From the NCBI GenBank assembly GCA_965219385.1, contig CBDCNM010000002.1, forward strand, positions 1,854,936 to 1,918,935: a stretch of 64,000 bases of DNA. Reading direction: 5' to 3'. The notes under the pieces were generated by a model that was given only the letters and a program-made list of their open reading frames with translations, was not told the DNA's origin and did no database searches. This document shows, piece after piece, positions 50,317 through 62,361 of the stretch. The position numbers and the translations under genes were made by a program. The stretch's first letter is position 1. Each line of letters starts with the position of its first letter. Source of the stretch: Candidatus Latescibacterota bacterium. GTDB lineage: Bacteria > Latescibacterota > UBA2968 > UBA8231.

Positions 50317-53115
50317 CTAGCGGGAATGGGACAGGCGCACGTATAGGTATCGTCCCAGAAAGTCGTACGTGTTGGAATCAGAAGTGGCGAGGAACCCATT
50401 GTAGATCACCGCTGGTGGCTGGTCGAGCAGGTTGTTGATGCCGATGGTCAGTGTGGAGTGCCCAAGGGCCGTCCCCAGTTCGTATGATCCATGCACATTG
50501 AAGAGGCTGTTCGGATCGACCTTGCGGCTTGGGGGTACTTCTTCTACGTCCGGACGGTACTTACCCTTGCAGTCATCGTCTTCGCACTCCTCGAAGCCGC
50601 CAATGTAGCGCCACGCTAGCCCAACGGAAAAACGCTGCTTTGCTAGGCCAATGGAAGCGGCGTGACGCCACGTAGGGAACACACCCAAGTCGTAGTAGCC
50701 CTTGCCCTTGACCAGCTCGGGACCGTTGGCTGAGGGCAGGGTTTGCTCGTACTTAACGAGTAGATTGCTCTCGAACTGCGCCGAGACAATGCCAACGGGC
50801 GCATCCGCAATGTAGTTGAGTGCGATATCGAAGCCACTGGTTGCGGTTTGGCCAATGTTGGCGTTGGGAGACGCGATATAGGTAATCAACTTGGTGTTCG
50901 GGTCGCGCACGACTTGGTCGCAGTTGGACGGCGAATCCTGCGAGTAGCAGTTACTTAAAATGAGGCTGGCGGGCAACACGCCGATCTCATCCTCGATGGT
51001 GCTGGCATAGTAATCTACGGCAACATCGAATCCCTTTAGAAAGCGCGGCTGATACACCAGCCCGGCGGTCAGCATGGTGGCCTTTTCCGGATCGAGATCG
51101 GTGCTGCCGCCCAACTTCGTTCGATGCTGAGCCTGGGAGTCCTCAAAGTCGGCCGGGATGCCTTGCGCCGCGCAATGGCGCTTTTGTTGATCGGTCAACA
51201 CGCGGGGATTGCCCCCTTCATCGACCACACTGCAAGGATCGCTGACAGGGGGGAAGGAATCGCTAGTGCCGAGGAAGAGTTCAGCGACGCTGGGGGCGCG
51301 AAACGCCTTGGAAGAGGTGGCGCGCACGGCCAGCCCTTGGGAGAGTTCGAGGCGAGTACCTAGTTCGTGGGTAAAGCCCGAGCCGAACGTATCGTAGTGG
51401 AAGGTGCGCCCAGCGGCGATTACGCCGAGACCCACGTCTCCTGCTTTGTAGAGAGGGAGCTGGGCCTCCGCGTACAACGCCTGGACCGAGTACGCGCCGT
51501 CGGTGGGAATCGCCTTACTACCGGTGGTATTGCCCGAAGCGGTCATGGGGTCGGGAAGATAGGCCCCAGCTTCCCAGCGCGAAGACAGACCGGCCGCCAC
51601 GGCGAGCGGGCCGGCCGGCAAGGATGCGGCCTCCCCGGTCAGGTTCCACTGTAGAATCTGCTGCTGGGAATAGCCCCTGGCGACTCCGGTATATTGGATG
51701 TAGCTCAGCATTTCCTCGGTGATGGTACCGGGGCCGTGGAGAATATCCAGCGGGACGCAGTCGCCGGTGCAATCCTCGTCCGGCCCCAGCGCATGCTCGA
51801 CATGATTGCGGATGAATCGGCCCTCGTTGACGTTGGTGCCCTCGCTGCGGCCGTAGGAAAAGGACAGGTCGGCGTCGAAGCTCCCGAGCCGGTGGTCCAA
51901 TCCCAGGACCATGCGGTAGGTATCGATATCCTGGAGGTAGTTGCGGTTGCCCGCTTCGACAAAGCGCCGGCGGACGTCGATGAAATCGCGGCCGAACTCG
52001 TTGTAGCGGTTGGTAGCTGACAGCGCGATGCCTTCGCTAATGATAAACAGCGGCGTCGGGGCCAGCTTCTGATCGGATTGGCGATTGGTGTACGACACCT
52101 CGAAATACGTCTTTGCTGCCGCTGCTAGGGTATAGGAGCCGGCGAGGAAGGAGGTGTAGCGCGTCTGCGGGGTGTAGAGGTAGTTTTCCGGCTCGTAGTT
52201 GTATATATCGCCGCTCCCGTCCGAGGAGATACCCGACCAGTTAAAAGGACGCCAGCCGATCTCCGGGTCGCGGTGGTAATCCCCAGCCTGATCGCCAGCC
52301 GCCGCAACCACCGCCCGCCAAGCTTCGTTGCCCTCGGTACCCAGGCGGTCGATGATGTGGCCTTCCGGGGTGGCCGAACTGCCATTTTTGTTATAGGTGC
52401 CGTCGTTTTTTCCCCAGTCGTAGTTCTTGTTGACCGTGCTGAAACTCCGGTCGCCGGTCCAAACCGGCCGCTGGTTGTGGTAGCCGGCCGAAAAGGCGAT
52501 GTGGCCTTGTTCGCTTTGTAGGCCGGTGGTTACGCTGAGGTCAAACGCTTCGCCGTCGCCCGCGCCCGCAAGCCCTTCGTAATAGTCGATCTCGATCCCC
52601 TCCATCGCGGTCCTGGTGATGATATTGACCACGCCGCCGATGGCGTCCGAGCCATATACAGCCGAGGCTCCGTCTTTGAGCACCTCGACTCGCTCGATGA
52701 CGGAGGCGGGAATGGCGTTCAGGTCAACGGATGAATTGGCTCCAGTCCCGCCCGGCACGAAGCGACGGCCATTGACCAACACCAGGGTGCGCTGGGAACC
52801 GAGTCCGCGCAGGCTGACGCGGGTAGAGCCGTCGCCGCCGTTGTTGGCCTGGGTGTTGATCGCATTGGACTGCACGGTGAGCGTTTGCAGCACGTCCCCA
52901 ATAGAGGCCAAGCCCTGCGCCCTGATTTCCTCCGTTGATAGGACGACGATCGGCGCTGGCGAGAGCGTCTCCGCGCTTTTGATGCGGGAGCCGGTCACCG
53001 TGATCTCTTGGACTTCGTATATCTTCCGTTCGTCCGTCCCTTCTTCTGCGAATGCGCCCATAGTACAGGCACCGGCGGCGCTGAGTGCTAGCAAAAATGC
53101 GTATCGCATGCTCAT
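50317..53115 (-). CDS. TonB-dependent receptor
   Basis: EITVTGSRI, RTLVLVNGRR, DGASAVYGSDAIGGVVN; start 53115 or 53109. Confidence 0.92.
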   Translation of the reverse strand: MSMRYAFLLALSAAGACTMGAFAEEGTDERKIYEVQEITVTGSRIKSAETLSPAPIVVLSTEEIRAQGLASIGDVLQTLTVQSNAINTQANNGGDGSTRVSLRGLGSQRTLVLVNGRRFVPGGTGANSSVDLNAIPASVIERVEVLKDGASAVYGSDAIGGVVNIITRTAMEGIEIDYYEGLAGAGDGEAFDLSVTTGLQSEQGHIAFSAGYHNQRPVWTGDRSFSTVNKNYDWGKNDGTYNKNGSSATPEGHIIDRLGTEGNEAWRAVVAAAGDQAGDYHRDPEIGWRPFNWSGISSDGSGDIYNYEPENYLYTPQTRYTSFLAGSYTLAAAAKTYFEVSYTNRQSDQKLAPTPLFIISEGIALSATNRYNEFGRDFIDVRRRFVEAGNRNYLQDIDTYRMVLGLDHRLGSFDADLSFSYGRSEGTNVNEGRFIRNHVEHALGPDEDCTGDCVPLDILHGPGTITEEMLSYIQYTGVARGYSQQQILQWNLTGEAASLPAGPLAVAAGLSSRWEAGAYLPDPMTASGNTTGSKAIPTDGAYSVQALYAEAQLPLYKAGDVGLGVIAAGRTFHYDTFGSGFTHELGTRLELSQGLAVRATSSKAFRAPSVAELFLGTSDSFPPVSDPCSVVDEGGNPRVLTDQQKRHCAAQGIPADFEDSQAQHRTKLGGSTDLDPEKATMLTAGLVYQPRFLKGFDVAVDYYASTIEDEIGVLPASLILSNCYSQDSPSNCDQVVRDPNTKLITYIASPNANIGQTATSGFDIALNYIADAPVGIVSAQFESNLLVKYEQTLPSANGPELVKGKGYYDLGVFPTWRHAASIGLAKQRFSVGLAWRYIGGFEECEDDDCKGKYRPDVEEVPPSRKVDPNSLFNVHGSYELGTALGHSTLTIGINNLLDQPPAVIYNGFLATSDSNTYDFLGRYLYVRLSHSR

Positions 53116-53229
53116 GGTTCGTACCTTTCGGTGAAACGGCCGCATGGCCATTTCTTCCTCCATCCGATCCGCCTCTTGCCTATTGTGCAATGCGTCCAAA
53201 CGGGCAATCAAACGCCCATTGTTCATCGT

Positions 53230-53973
53230 TCACGGTTTCGCCGCTCTAAAGCCAATGATTGGGGGATGAGACATAAAGGCATCCCAAAATGGATTGTGCT
53301 GCTGAGACGGGTGCAAATAGGGACCGACCCATTGAAAATCGGAAAATCCAGCTTTTTGAAAGGCCCACTGGTAAGTCTCTGGCTTGAGAAAATAATTTTT
53401 AAATTTAAACTGCGTTCCATCTTCATTCATCACTTTATACAAAATAACATCGCCTTCTTGAGGGGCATTGACGCACTCTTTTTGCAAGCCGTACTGGGCA
53501 AAGGAACGGCTCCCCTTGGGAACCTGCTGAACATTGTCATTGAACCCGACCAATCGTCCCCCAGGTCGCAGTCTATTATAAGCCACCTCGACAAAACTGA
53601 GCAGTTCCTCTCTCGTCTTGGCATAATTCAAAAGATACATGGCCACCACAAGATCAACCTGTTCAGACCACTCGAGCTCGGCCACATCCCGATGCAAATA
53701 CTTGCAGCCCAAGGGACGGGTGCGTTCTTCTTTTTCGGCCAACTTGATCATCGCTGCGGAAAGATCGACGCCCGTGACTTGCAAAGCCCCGGCTCGCTTG
53801 ATTTTGCGGGTGTAAAACCCATCGCCACAAGCCAGGTCTAAAACCGTTGCCCCTCGAATATCTCCCAGGATTTCAAAAAGAGAATACGCTTCAATATATT
53901 TCTGAAAGGGTAATTGTTTTGAACCTTGATAGGCTTTGGCGATAGCGTCGTACTGATTTTCAGATGGATTCAC
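53230..53973 (-). CDS. Class I SAM methyltransferase (ToxA-like, lower GC)
   Basis: YDAIA, VLDLACGDGFY, YLLNYA. Confidence 0.8.
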   Translation of the reverse strand: MNPSENQYDAIAKAYQGSKQLPFQKYIEAYSLFEILGDIRGATVLDLACGDGFYTRKIKRAGALQVTGVDLSAAMIKLAEKEERTRPLGCKYLHRDVAELEWSEQVDLVVAMYLLNYAKTREELLSFVEVAYNRLRPGGRLVGFNDNVQQVPKGSRSFAQYGLQKECVNAPQEGDVILYKVMNEDGTQFKFKNYFLKPETYQWAFQKAGFSDFQWVGPYLHPSQQHNPFWDAFMSHPPIIGFRAAKP

Positions 53974-54029
53974 GAGTCTCTCCTTGGTTGGGATACCTGG
54001 GAAAATACCTCGCCTTCGGCTACAGCTGC

Positions 54030-54100
54030 TCGAGCGGATAGGACAAATAAAGGGCCTTATCGGGAGTCGTCAAGGGACGGGCGTGGGGCACTGCGCGGTG
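54030..54100. repeat. ~72-bp direct repeat, copy 2
   Basis: Matches 47335-47408. Confidence 0.9.
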
Positions 54101-54175
54101 GGTGAGGAACGAAGGGAACTCCGCGGTTACCATCTGCTCTTGACATAGAGCCATATCATCAGTACGGTTTCCCAT

Positions 54176-54259
54176 ATGAAGACGACCCTCAACATAGATG
54201 ACACGATGATGCAGCGCCTGCGGGACTTTGAGGGAGAGGTTTACCGCTCAATGCTTTGA
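54176..54259 (+). pseudogene. Truncated VapB/RHH antitoxin
   Basis: MKTTLNIDDTMMQRLR; TTGACA-17-TACGGT just upstream. Confidence 0.6.
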
Positions 54260-55190
54260 GATGGCCCCAAAATCCAATTCCACGACCCAGTCCTGCACCG
54301 ACTCATCTCTGGTAAACTTAATAAATCCAAGTTCCCCAAGCCGTATTAACTCCCTCTGAAAAGTTCGCCAAGTGACATTCTGGTACGCAGATTGTACGTA
54401 TCTATCCTCCTGTAGCTCTGATAGCTTGATCCTGCGGGACGGGGTATCTGAGAAGGGATCTGCAGGCTCTGTCTCGCTCAGGAGAAAGTCGAGGAGATTG
54501 TATTCTCTTTGGTTCAGGAGCCGCCGCCGGGTGCCCATCTTCTTACTGAAAGCGCGGACAATCATCGTTCGGTACACCAGCCGATTGATCCTTGCTTTGA
54601 TGAAATTGTTTATGTCTTTGAGCTCACTCGCAAAGCCAGCCACGCCAAAGTGAATAAATGGCGTCACGTCGAAAGGCTGACTTTTCCGGCATTGTTGGAG
54701 GATTGACTTGTATTCCTGTTCGTGGCGATAGAAGTAATTGGAGAGTCCGTAAAATCCACGGACATTATACTCGAACTGAAAGAGGGTGCCTGCTTCAACA
54801 AGTCGGGAGACTCTTCCGTTGCCATCTCCAAAGGGGTGAATTGTCACCAGGAAGAAATGGGTGAGTAAGGCGCGTATAACTGGATGATTACCTTCGAGTT
54901 CGGGAGAGTTGATGAAACGAATATAGTCCTCCATTAAGCGCGGCAGCCTTTCGTGCGGGGCACCTCTATGGACTCCTCCCAAATCATCCGTCCCCACCAC
55001 AACGGAAAGGTCGCGGAATTTTCCGGGTATATTATCGCTAGTATCTGAATCTCGGGTGATCATTTCGTGCATGGCAGCAATATCTTCTAAGCCAATAGGC
55101 GGACTGTTGGGAACAAACCGTTGTCTCACCCAGGACTGAGCCTCCCCAGCATTCCTGATCTGCAATTGTTCTTTTGTTGCGGTTTTTCTG
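54248..55190 (-). pseudogene. Fic family protein, apparently 5'-truncated
   Basis: Intact HPFGDGNGRVSR; no in-frame start upstream of TTG 55165. Confidence 0.75.
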
Positions 55191-55402
55191 TCTTGGCAAA
55201 GATATGATCTTTGGAATCGGGGTCGGTGATAGCTTTGAGGTAATCGATCTATCGATTCTCGATCCCCGTCCGGGCTGGAAGCCGACCGTGTTCGTATCCG
55301 GTCATACCCTGAATGGGAACGCGTGCCACATCACCGAACTGAAATTGGCCGAAATCCAGGTGCCGACCTGAGATAGTTTGATAAAGCCGTTTTCAGCGAG
55401 CT

Positions 55403-56706
55403 TCAAAAGCGGATGGTAAAACGGGTCGGCTCGGATGGAGGACTTTCGAGGGCAAAGGCAAAACCGTGCCGGCTCAAGATCTCCTGGACCAGGGTCAGGC
55501 CGAGGCCCCGCCGGTTTTCCTTGGTGCTGAAAAACGGGGTGAACAGGCTCTCGGCCACTTCCGGGTTGATCCCCGCCCCCGTATCCTCGACCACGGCAAA
55601 AGGGCGGTCTTCGAGCTGCCCCAGGCGAATTGTTATCCTGCCGTCCTCTCCGATGGCTTCCACTGCATTCTTCAGGATATTGACAAACACCTGCTCCATC
55701 TGGTTCTCGTCCATGGCGATGGGTTCCAGGTCCACCTGAATATCCCAGTCCCACTCGATCCTGCGGTGCTCGCACTCGGCGCGCATCAGCAGGGCGATGT
55801 CGCGCGAAAGGGCCTCCAGGTCCACCGGCTGCCGGCGCGGCGCCGGCAGTTCGATCACCTCGGCAAAGCTGCGCATGAAGGCGCTGAGATGGTCGATGCG
55901 GTCGATGGCCACCTGCAGGGCGTTGTCGAAATCGCCGCGGTCGGCCTGTCGCAATTGCCCCTTGTAGTTGAGGCAGGAGTGCAGAAGGGAATTGACCGCG
56001 CCCGTCGAATTGTTCACCTCGTGCGAGAGCAGGCGGATGACTTTCTCGTAGGCCGCTTTCTCCAGGAGGCGCAATTCCTCGGTCAATTCCTCCATCAGGA
56101 TAAAGCTGCGCTGAAACCCCTGGTCCAAAAACTGCGACTTGTGGCAGCGCACCCGCTGCCCTTGCAGCGACAGCACCTGCGACTCGCCCACGGCCAAGGC
56201 GTGCAGGGCCTGGGCGAATGCCGTCCCCAACTCGTCCAATCGCCGGCCGAGCGCCTCGCTTTCGGCCAGCCCCAGCAGGCGGCTGGCGCTGGGATTGGCC
56301 CGGGCGACTTTGCCGTCGAAGTCGAAGGTGACAATGCCCGATGGCGAGGCCGTCAGGATCTTGTCCATGAAGTAGTGCTGTTCCTGGAGCCGCGTGCGCT
56401 CTTCGCGCAGCTGGTCGATCATGCGGTTGTACACCCGCACGAGCCGGTCCATTTCCGGCTGGCCCACTGCGGTGAACTTGCTGGTGAAATCGCGCTCGCC
56501 GATGAGTTCGGCGCCGATGCGGATCAGATCGAGCGGCACCCAAAAATGCTGGATCAGACGCAGACCGACCACAAAAGACAGGGCGAAGAATAGTTCGAGC
56601 CCTAATAGCCAGAATCTCTCCTCGATCAACATCAACAGGTACCCGGCCAGTCCAGCGAATACGAGGTGGATGCAGATCAGGTAGAGGACGAGTTTGACGC
56701 GCAGGC

Positions 56707-56710
<4 letters not shown>
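55403..56710 (-). CDS. Sensor histidine kinase (HAMP/PAS)
   Basis: SHEVNNS, NILKNA, DTGAG, PFFSTK. Confidence 0.92.
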
Positions 56711-58080
<1,370 letters not shown>

Positions 58081-58302
58081 CGCCTAGTCCTCGGTCGCAT
58101 TTATCACTGATCAAATGGATTTTCAAACCCCCATCTTTCGCAGCGCTTCTGTCGCAAGCCGTCATATTCCCGCGGGTTTTCCGTGGTCGGTTTGAGCAGC
58201 GTTCCAATCGACGCTGACCTGCCCGGCGCACCAAGATCAGCCATAGCGGTAGGGGCGCCCGGCCTTCTGCATGTCGGCATTGTACTAAGTGGACCGACCT
58301 AT

Positions 58303-58641
58303 TCACAAGAACAGCTCTGCAATCGCCACACCCGCACCGATATAAGTACCGGTAAGCCAAAGGTCCGCACCGGACACTACTGTTACCACGACCGCCCCCA
58401 TGCTCAAGACGCCCCAAAGACTGCCCTCCGAAGTACTATCCTTTCTTTTGACGCGAATGCGCTTTTCATAACCCTTTCGGAAGCCCTGAATATACTCATT
58501 TCCCTTGCCTTGCAGGTAATCCTTCTGTACCCACGATAATTCCGCATCGCTCGATTCGGCAATCCGAGGGGCCAGCTTCATGCCAATCTGCCCCGATACA
58601 TTCAGAAGGATCAGCGCAAAGATCATCGGCGATAGTTTCAC
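58303..58641 (-). CDS. Uncharacterised small membrane protein, homolog of 63744-63998
   Basis: Hydrophobic ends; SDAELS..GKGNEYIQGFRKGY..IR. Confidence 0.7.
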   Translation of the reverse strand: MKLSPMIFALILLNVSGQIGMKLAPRIAESSDAELSWVQKDYLQGKGNEYIQGFRKGYEKRIRVKRKDSTSEGSLWGVLSMGAVVVTVVSGADLWLTGTYIGAGVAIAELFL

Positions 58642-58683
58642 AATGTTTTCCTTTCGGTGCTAGATTGATCTCCCATACCCAGT

Positions 58684-59838
58684 TCATTCGGAGTGCAGGG
58701 CCTCGGCCGGCCGTATGCGGCAAGCCAGCCGCCCCGGGTACAGGCTGCACACGACCACGAGACCGTAAATCACCAGGGCCGCAAGGGCCAGACTGAGCGC
58801 GTATATCCCGCCGGTGTAATCCAGTAGCCCCAGCAGCGGGAATTGCACGATGAGCAGCAAGCCGGCGACTACGCCGATGCTGGCGACCACCAGGATCTCG
58901 CCCGTCAACTGCGCGTAGATACTGGCCGCGGACCCGCCCAAGGCCCTCCTCAGGCCGATCTCCTCGACTCTCAGCGTGGTCCGCTGCCACAGCACACCGC
59001 TCAGCGACAGGGCCACCATGCCCAGCACCAGCGCCGAGATGACTCCAGCGACGAACAGGGGTATCAGGGTCAACTTGAACGCCGTGGCACGCTTTTCCTC
59101 TAAGGTCTTAATGTCAACTCGGTACCCCGGGGCCATGGCCTTGAGTCGCTTGTCGATTTGCTCCTGGGCCGCCAAGGGCGTACCGGGACGCATTTTGACC
59201 AAAAAATGGCCGCGATTTTCGTCTTCACTCAGACGGGCGAACACGAAGAAACCGGGATCGGAAAATTCCCCTAAACGGCGATACTCGGAGACCACCCCGA
59301 TGACCCGTTCGTCAGGCCCCTTCCACTCTTCAATCTCCTGGCCGATGGGGTCTTCACGGCCAAAGAGCGCCTCGCTGAGCGGCTGGGTTATCACGATCGG
59401 ATCCCAGTCTAGGGCCGCGTCCTCCTCGCCAAACCACCGCCCGCTGACCAAGTCGAGATCGAGCACTTGGTGGAACTCGTCCGAAACATCGCCAGTAGCA
59501 ACCATTCGTCCGTCAATGGAAAAGGGAAAGGAACCACCTAACGTATAGGGGAGTGCTCCGTGTTGCTCCGAGGCGACCGACTCAATCCAGTCGAATTCCT
59601 CCAAGGCCAGATAGACCTGTTTGCGACTGGGCCTTTCCGCTTCGCTCCCATCCGCCCTAAAGTCCACGACCCATATATTTTCGTAGGAAAATCCGAGGGG
59701 CTGCCGATAGTTATCGGCTTTGTACACGCCGTAGGAGGCCGTGAAAAAGACGAGCAGGAAAGAAATGAATATCTGGAAGGCAGTTAACGCGTTCGCCTTT
59801 TTGCAGTTCCAGACCAGCTTGCAGAGATGGCGTATCAT
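58684..59838 (-). CDS. ABC permease (MacB/FtsX)
   Basis: PLGFSYENIW, EIGLRRALG, RPAEALHSE. Confidence 0.9.
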   Translation of the reverse strand: MIRHLCKLVWNCKKANALTAFQIFISFLLVFFTASYGVYKADNYRQPLGFSYENIWVVDFRADGSEAERPSRKQVYLALEEFDWIESVASEQHGALPYTLGGSFPFSIDGRMVATGDVSDEFHQVLDLDLVSGRWFGEEDAALDWDPIVITQPLSEALFGREDPIGQEIEEWKGPDERVIGVVSEYRRLGEFSDPGFFVFARLSEDENRGHFLVKMRPGTPLAAQEQIDKRLKAMAPGYRVDIKTLEEKRATAFKLTLIPLFVAGVISALVLGMVALSLSGVLWQRTTLRVEEIGLRRALGGSAASIYAQLTGEILVVASIGVVAGLLLIVQFPLLGLLDYTGGIYALSLALAALVIYGLVVVCSLYPGRLACRIRPAEALHSE

Positions 59839-61088
59839 TGCTTCCTCCTTCTGAGTGCCTCTACGATATGCAGGCGCGACATTTTCCAGGCCGGATAAAC
59901 GCCGGAAATTAGACCGAAGAATAGGGTTATCACCAAGCCGTAGAGAAAGATGCGGTGGTTCAGGTGGAATTCGGCGTATGGCACAATGTCGCTGGCACCG
60001 AGCATTTGTAGGACGAAAAAAGTAAGAACCAGCCCGAGGGCACCGCCCAGGAGCGTGAGAATCACGTTTTCCACTACAAATTGTCCCACTAAGGTGAGCG
60101 AAGATCCGCCGAATGCCTTGCGCACCCCGATCTCGGAAGCGCGCTCCAAGATGCGGGTGACGTTGATGTTGATCAAGCTGACCACCGGCAGGAGCATGAA
60201 GAGCAGCACCAGAGCGCCGATCGGCAGGATCATCGCATAGATGGCCTTGCCGCCCACGTCGCTAAGAAAGAACATGAGACGCACAGTTTCTTCCAACAGT
60301 GTTTCAGGGCCGCCAGTGAGACGGTTGACTTGGTCGGGATTGGGGTATTCGACCCGGGTGAGCACATCGGCGAATTCCTCTTTGATGAGCGGCATTTCGG
60401 CCGCACTGCGCGCCAGGATCATTGCCTGATAGCCGCCAAACACCGAATCGTAACGCAGGTACGCATCCGTTTCTTGGGCACTGACGGGCACCCAGATATC
60501 GGCAAAGGGCAACATGCGGAACATCGGCACGTTGGGCACGACTCCCACCACGCGGAACGGTTGTCCCTTGAGTTCGATGTACTTCCCCACGGCCTGTTCC
60601 CCGAAAAACGCCCGGCGCGTCGCCTGGTTGATCACGGCCACCCGTTGGGCCTCCTCTACCTCCTTTGTGGTATAGGGGCGGCCTTCGAGGAAGTCGAATT
60701 CGAGGATCTCCCAGAACACCCCGTCCGTGTACTTGAGCTCGAATTTGATCTTCTCGCCTTTGCGGAACGTCGTTTCCGTGGATGAGCCGACCTTGGAAAT
60801 GGACACCTTTTCCGCCTGGGTCAGCGAAGACACATACCGTTGCAAAAAGGCGTAGCTGGGCGAGCTGATGCTATGGCCTTTCCCCGGTCCTTCGCCTCTC
60901 ACCGACTGCAGGATGAGGGTGCGATCCGACCGGGTCTCCGGCGGGAAGGAGCCGAAGATGTGGTCGAACAAGGACGCCGCCACCATCAGCACCATGAGCG
61001 TGAAGCTGATGGTAAAGAGGCTGATGCAGGTAAAGCCCTTGCGCCGCAACAGGACCTTGAGGGCCATTTTGATGTAGTTCTTTAGCAT
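59835..61088 (-). CDS. ABC permease (MacB/FtsX)
   Basis: MLKNYIKMALKV, ERASEIGVRKAFG. Confidence 0.9.
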   Translation of the reverse strand: MLKNYIKMALKVLLRRKGFTCISLFTISFTLMVLMVAASLFDHIFGSFPPETRSDRTLILQSVRGEGPGKGHSISSPSYAFLQRYVSSLTQAEKVSISKVGSSTETTFRKGEKIKFELKYTDGVFWEILEFDFLEGRPYTTKEVEEAQRVAVINQATRRAFFGEQAVGKYIELKGQPFRVVGVVPNVPMFRMLPFADIWVPVSAQETDAYLRYDSVFGGYQAMILARSAAEMPLIKEEFADVLTRVEYPNPDQVNRLTGGPETLLEETVRLMFFLSDVGGKAIYAMILPIGALVLLFMLLPVVSLININVTRILERASEIGVRKAFGGSSLTLVGQFVVENVILTLLGGALGLVLTFFVLQMLGASDIVPYAEFHLNHRIFLYGLVITLFFGLISGVYPAWKMSRLHIVEALRRRKQ

Positions 61089-61113
61089 GATCGCCTCCTA
61101 ATATATAGAAGAA

Positions 61114-62361
61114 TTAGTCGTGATGCAGGGCCTCGGCCGGCCGTACCCGGCTGGCCAGCCAACTCGGATAGAGGCCGCACAGCAGCACCAGCAGATAGAG
61201 CGCGAGCGCCGTCGCTCCTATACCGCAGGCGGCCACATAGGCCGGCACCCGGCTCCCCAACACCATATCCAGCAGCCCGAACTGGACCATCGGCACACAG
61301 CCCAGGGCAATAGCGACGGTCACCAGTACCGCCAATTCGCCCAGGAACTGCCCGTAGATCCGGCCGCCGGGCGCCCCCACCGCCCGCCGGATGCCGATCT
61401 CCCGGGTGCGCCGGCGCACGTGCTGCCACATCATGCCGGTCAGTCCCAGGGCCACCATGAGCATCATCAGGCCGCTGATCACGGCGATGAAACCCAGCAG
61501 TTGGAGCCGCTCCAGGCGAACAGCGTCCCTGCGCTCCGCCAGAGACTTCACCTTGAATTGTATGGATTGCTCCGCCGAGACGACCGCCTGGATCCTGGCT
61601 CTGAGTGCTTCCCCGAAGGCCGGTCCCGTGTCCGCATAGGTCTTTACGAGGAAATAGATCCAACTCTGCATTGGAAAGACAAACCAGTCATTCATTGAAA
61701 ACCGCAGGAAGACAAAGCCCGGCACCTCGGCATTTCCGTACTCCTTGTAATAGAAGTTCTCCACGACCCCTACCACGCGGACGTGGTCGGGACTAGGGGG
61801 AATGGGAAAGTAGCTATCTTGCGGATCGACATTGATTACTGGTGAGTCCCCGATTGCTTTGCCCAGCGGGTCTTCGTCGCCAAACAGCGCCTGACTCAAC
61901 TCCTGGTCAATGACGGCCGGGGTCCAGTCGAGGGCCTCGTCCTCGGGCTGGAACCAGCGCCCGCTGAGCAGCCTCAGTCCCAGGGTTTCCAGACCCTCGT
62001 CCGAGATATAGACAGAAGTAGCAATCCCGTTCCACGATTGCGAGAAGCGGAACGGCGCTTCGCTGGCCAGGGCCACTGCCTCGACTCCGTCGGACGCCTG
62101 GAGTTCTTGCCGCAACAGCTCGATATTGCGCCGGTACTCTTCCCTTGCCTGTTCTCCGCCCTCGCCGAAGAGATCCCCCGACAAACTGACGGACCACACG
62201 TTCTCGTACTCGAATCCCAGCGGCTCCAACTCCTTGGCGGCGAACAGCACCCAGCCGGCGATCATGGGAGTCATCACCAGGAACGACAGCAAGAGCTCGG
62301 CGACGAGCAACAGGTTTGTCCGCCGCCGGTTCCAGGCCAGGCGGCACAGATGAGCGATCAT
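61114..62361 (-). CDS. ABC permease (MacB/FtsX)
   Basis: PLGFEYENVW, EIGIRRAVGA, RPAEALHHD. Confidence 0.9.
   Translation of the reverse strand: MIAHLCRLAWNRRRTNLLLVAELLLSFLVMTPMIAGWVLFAAKELEPLGFEYENVWSVSLSGDLFGEGGEQAREEYRRNIELLRQELQASDGVEAVALASEAPFRFSQSWNGIATSVYISDEGLETLGLRLLSGRWFQPEDEALDWTPAVIDQELSQALFGDEDPLGKAIGDSPVINVDPQDSYFPIPPSPDHVRVVGVVENFYYKEYGNAEVPGFVFLRFSMNDWFVFPMQSWIYFLVKTYADTGPAFGEALRARIQAVVSAEQSIQFKVKSLAERRDAVRLERLQLLGFIAVISGLMMLMVALGLTGMMWQHVRRRTREIGIRRAVGAPGGRIYGQFLGELAVLVTVAIALGCVPMVQFGLLDMVLGSRVPAYVAACGIGATALALYLLVLLCGLYPSWLASRVRPAEALHHD

Noticed and set aside
53116..53226. N-terminal extension of the TonB receptor (similar extensions at 10287, 42140 and 62838)
   Set aside because: Longest-ORF artefacts; signal peptides or RBS indicate later starts
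53230..53973. Toxoflavin biosynthesis cluster
   Set aside because: Only a lone ToxA-like methyltransferase; no other tox genes
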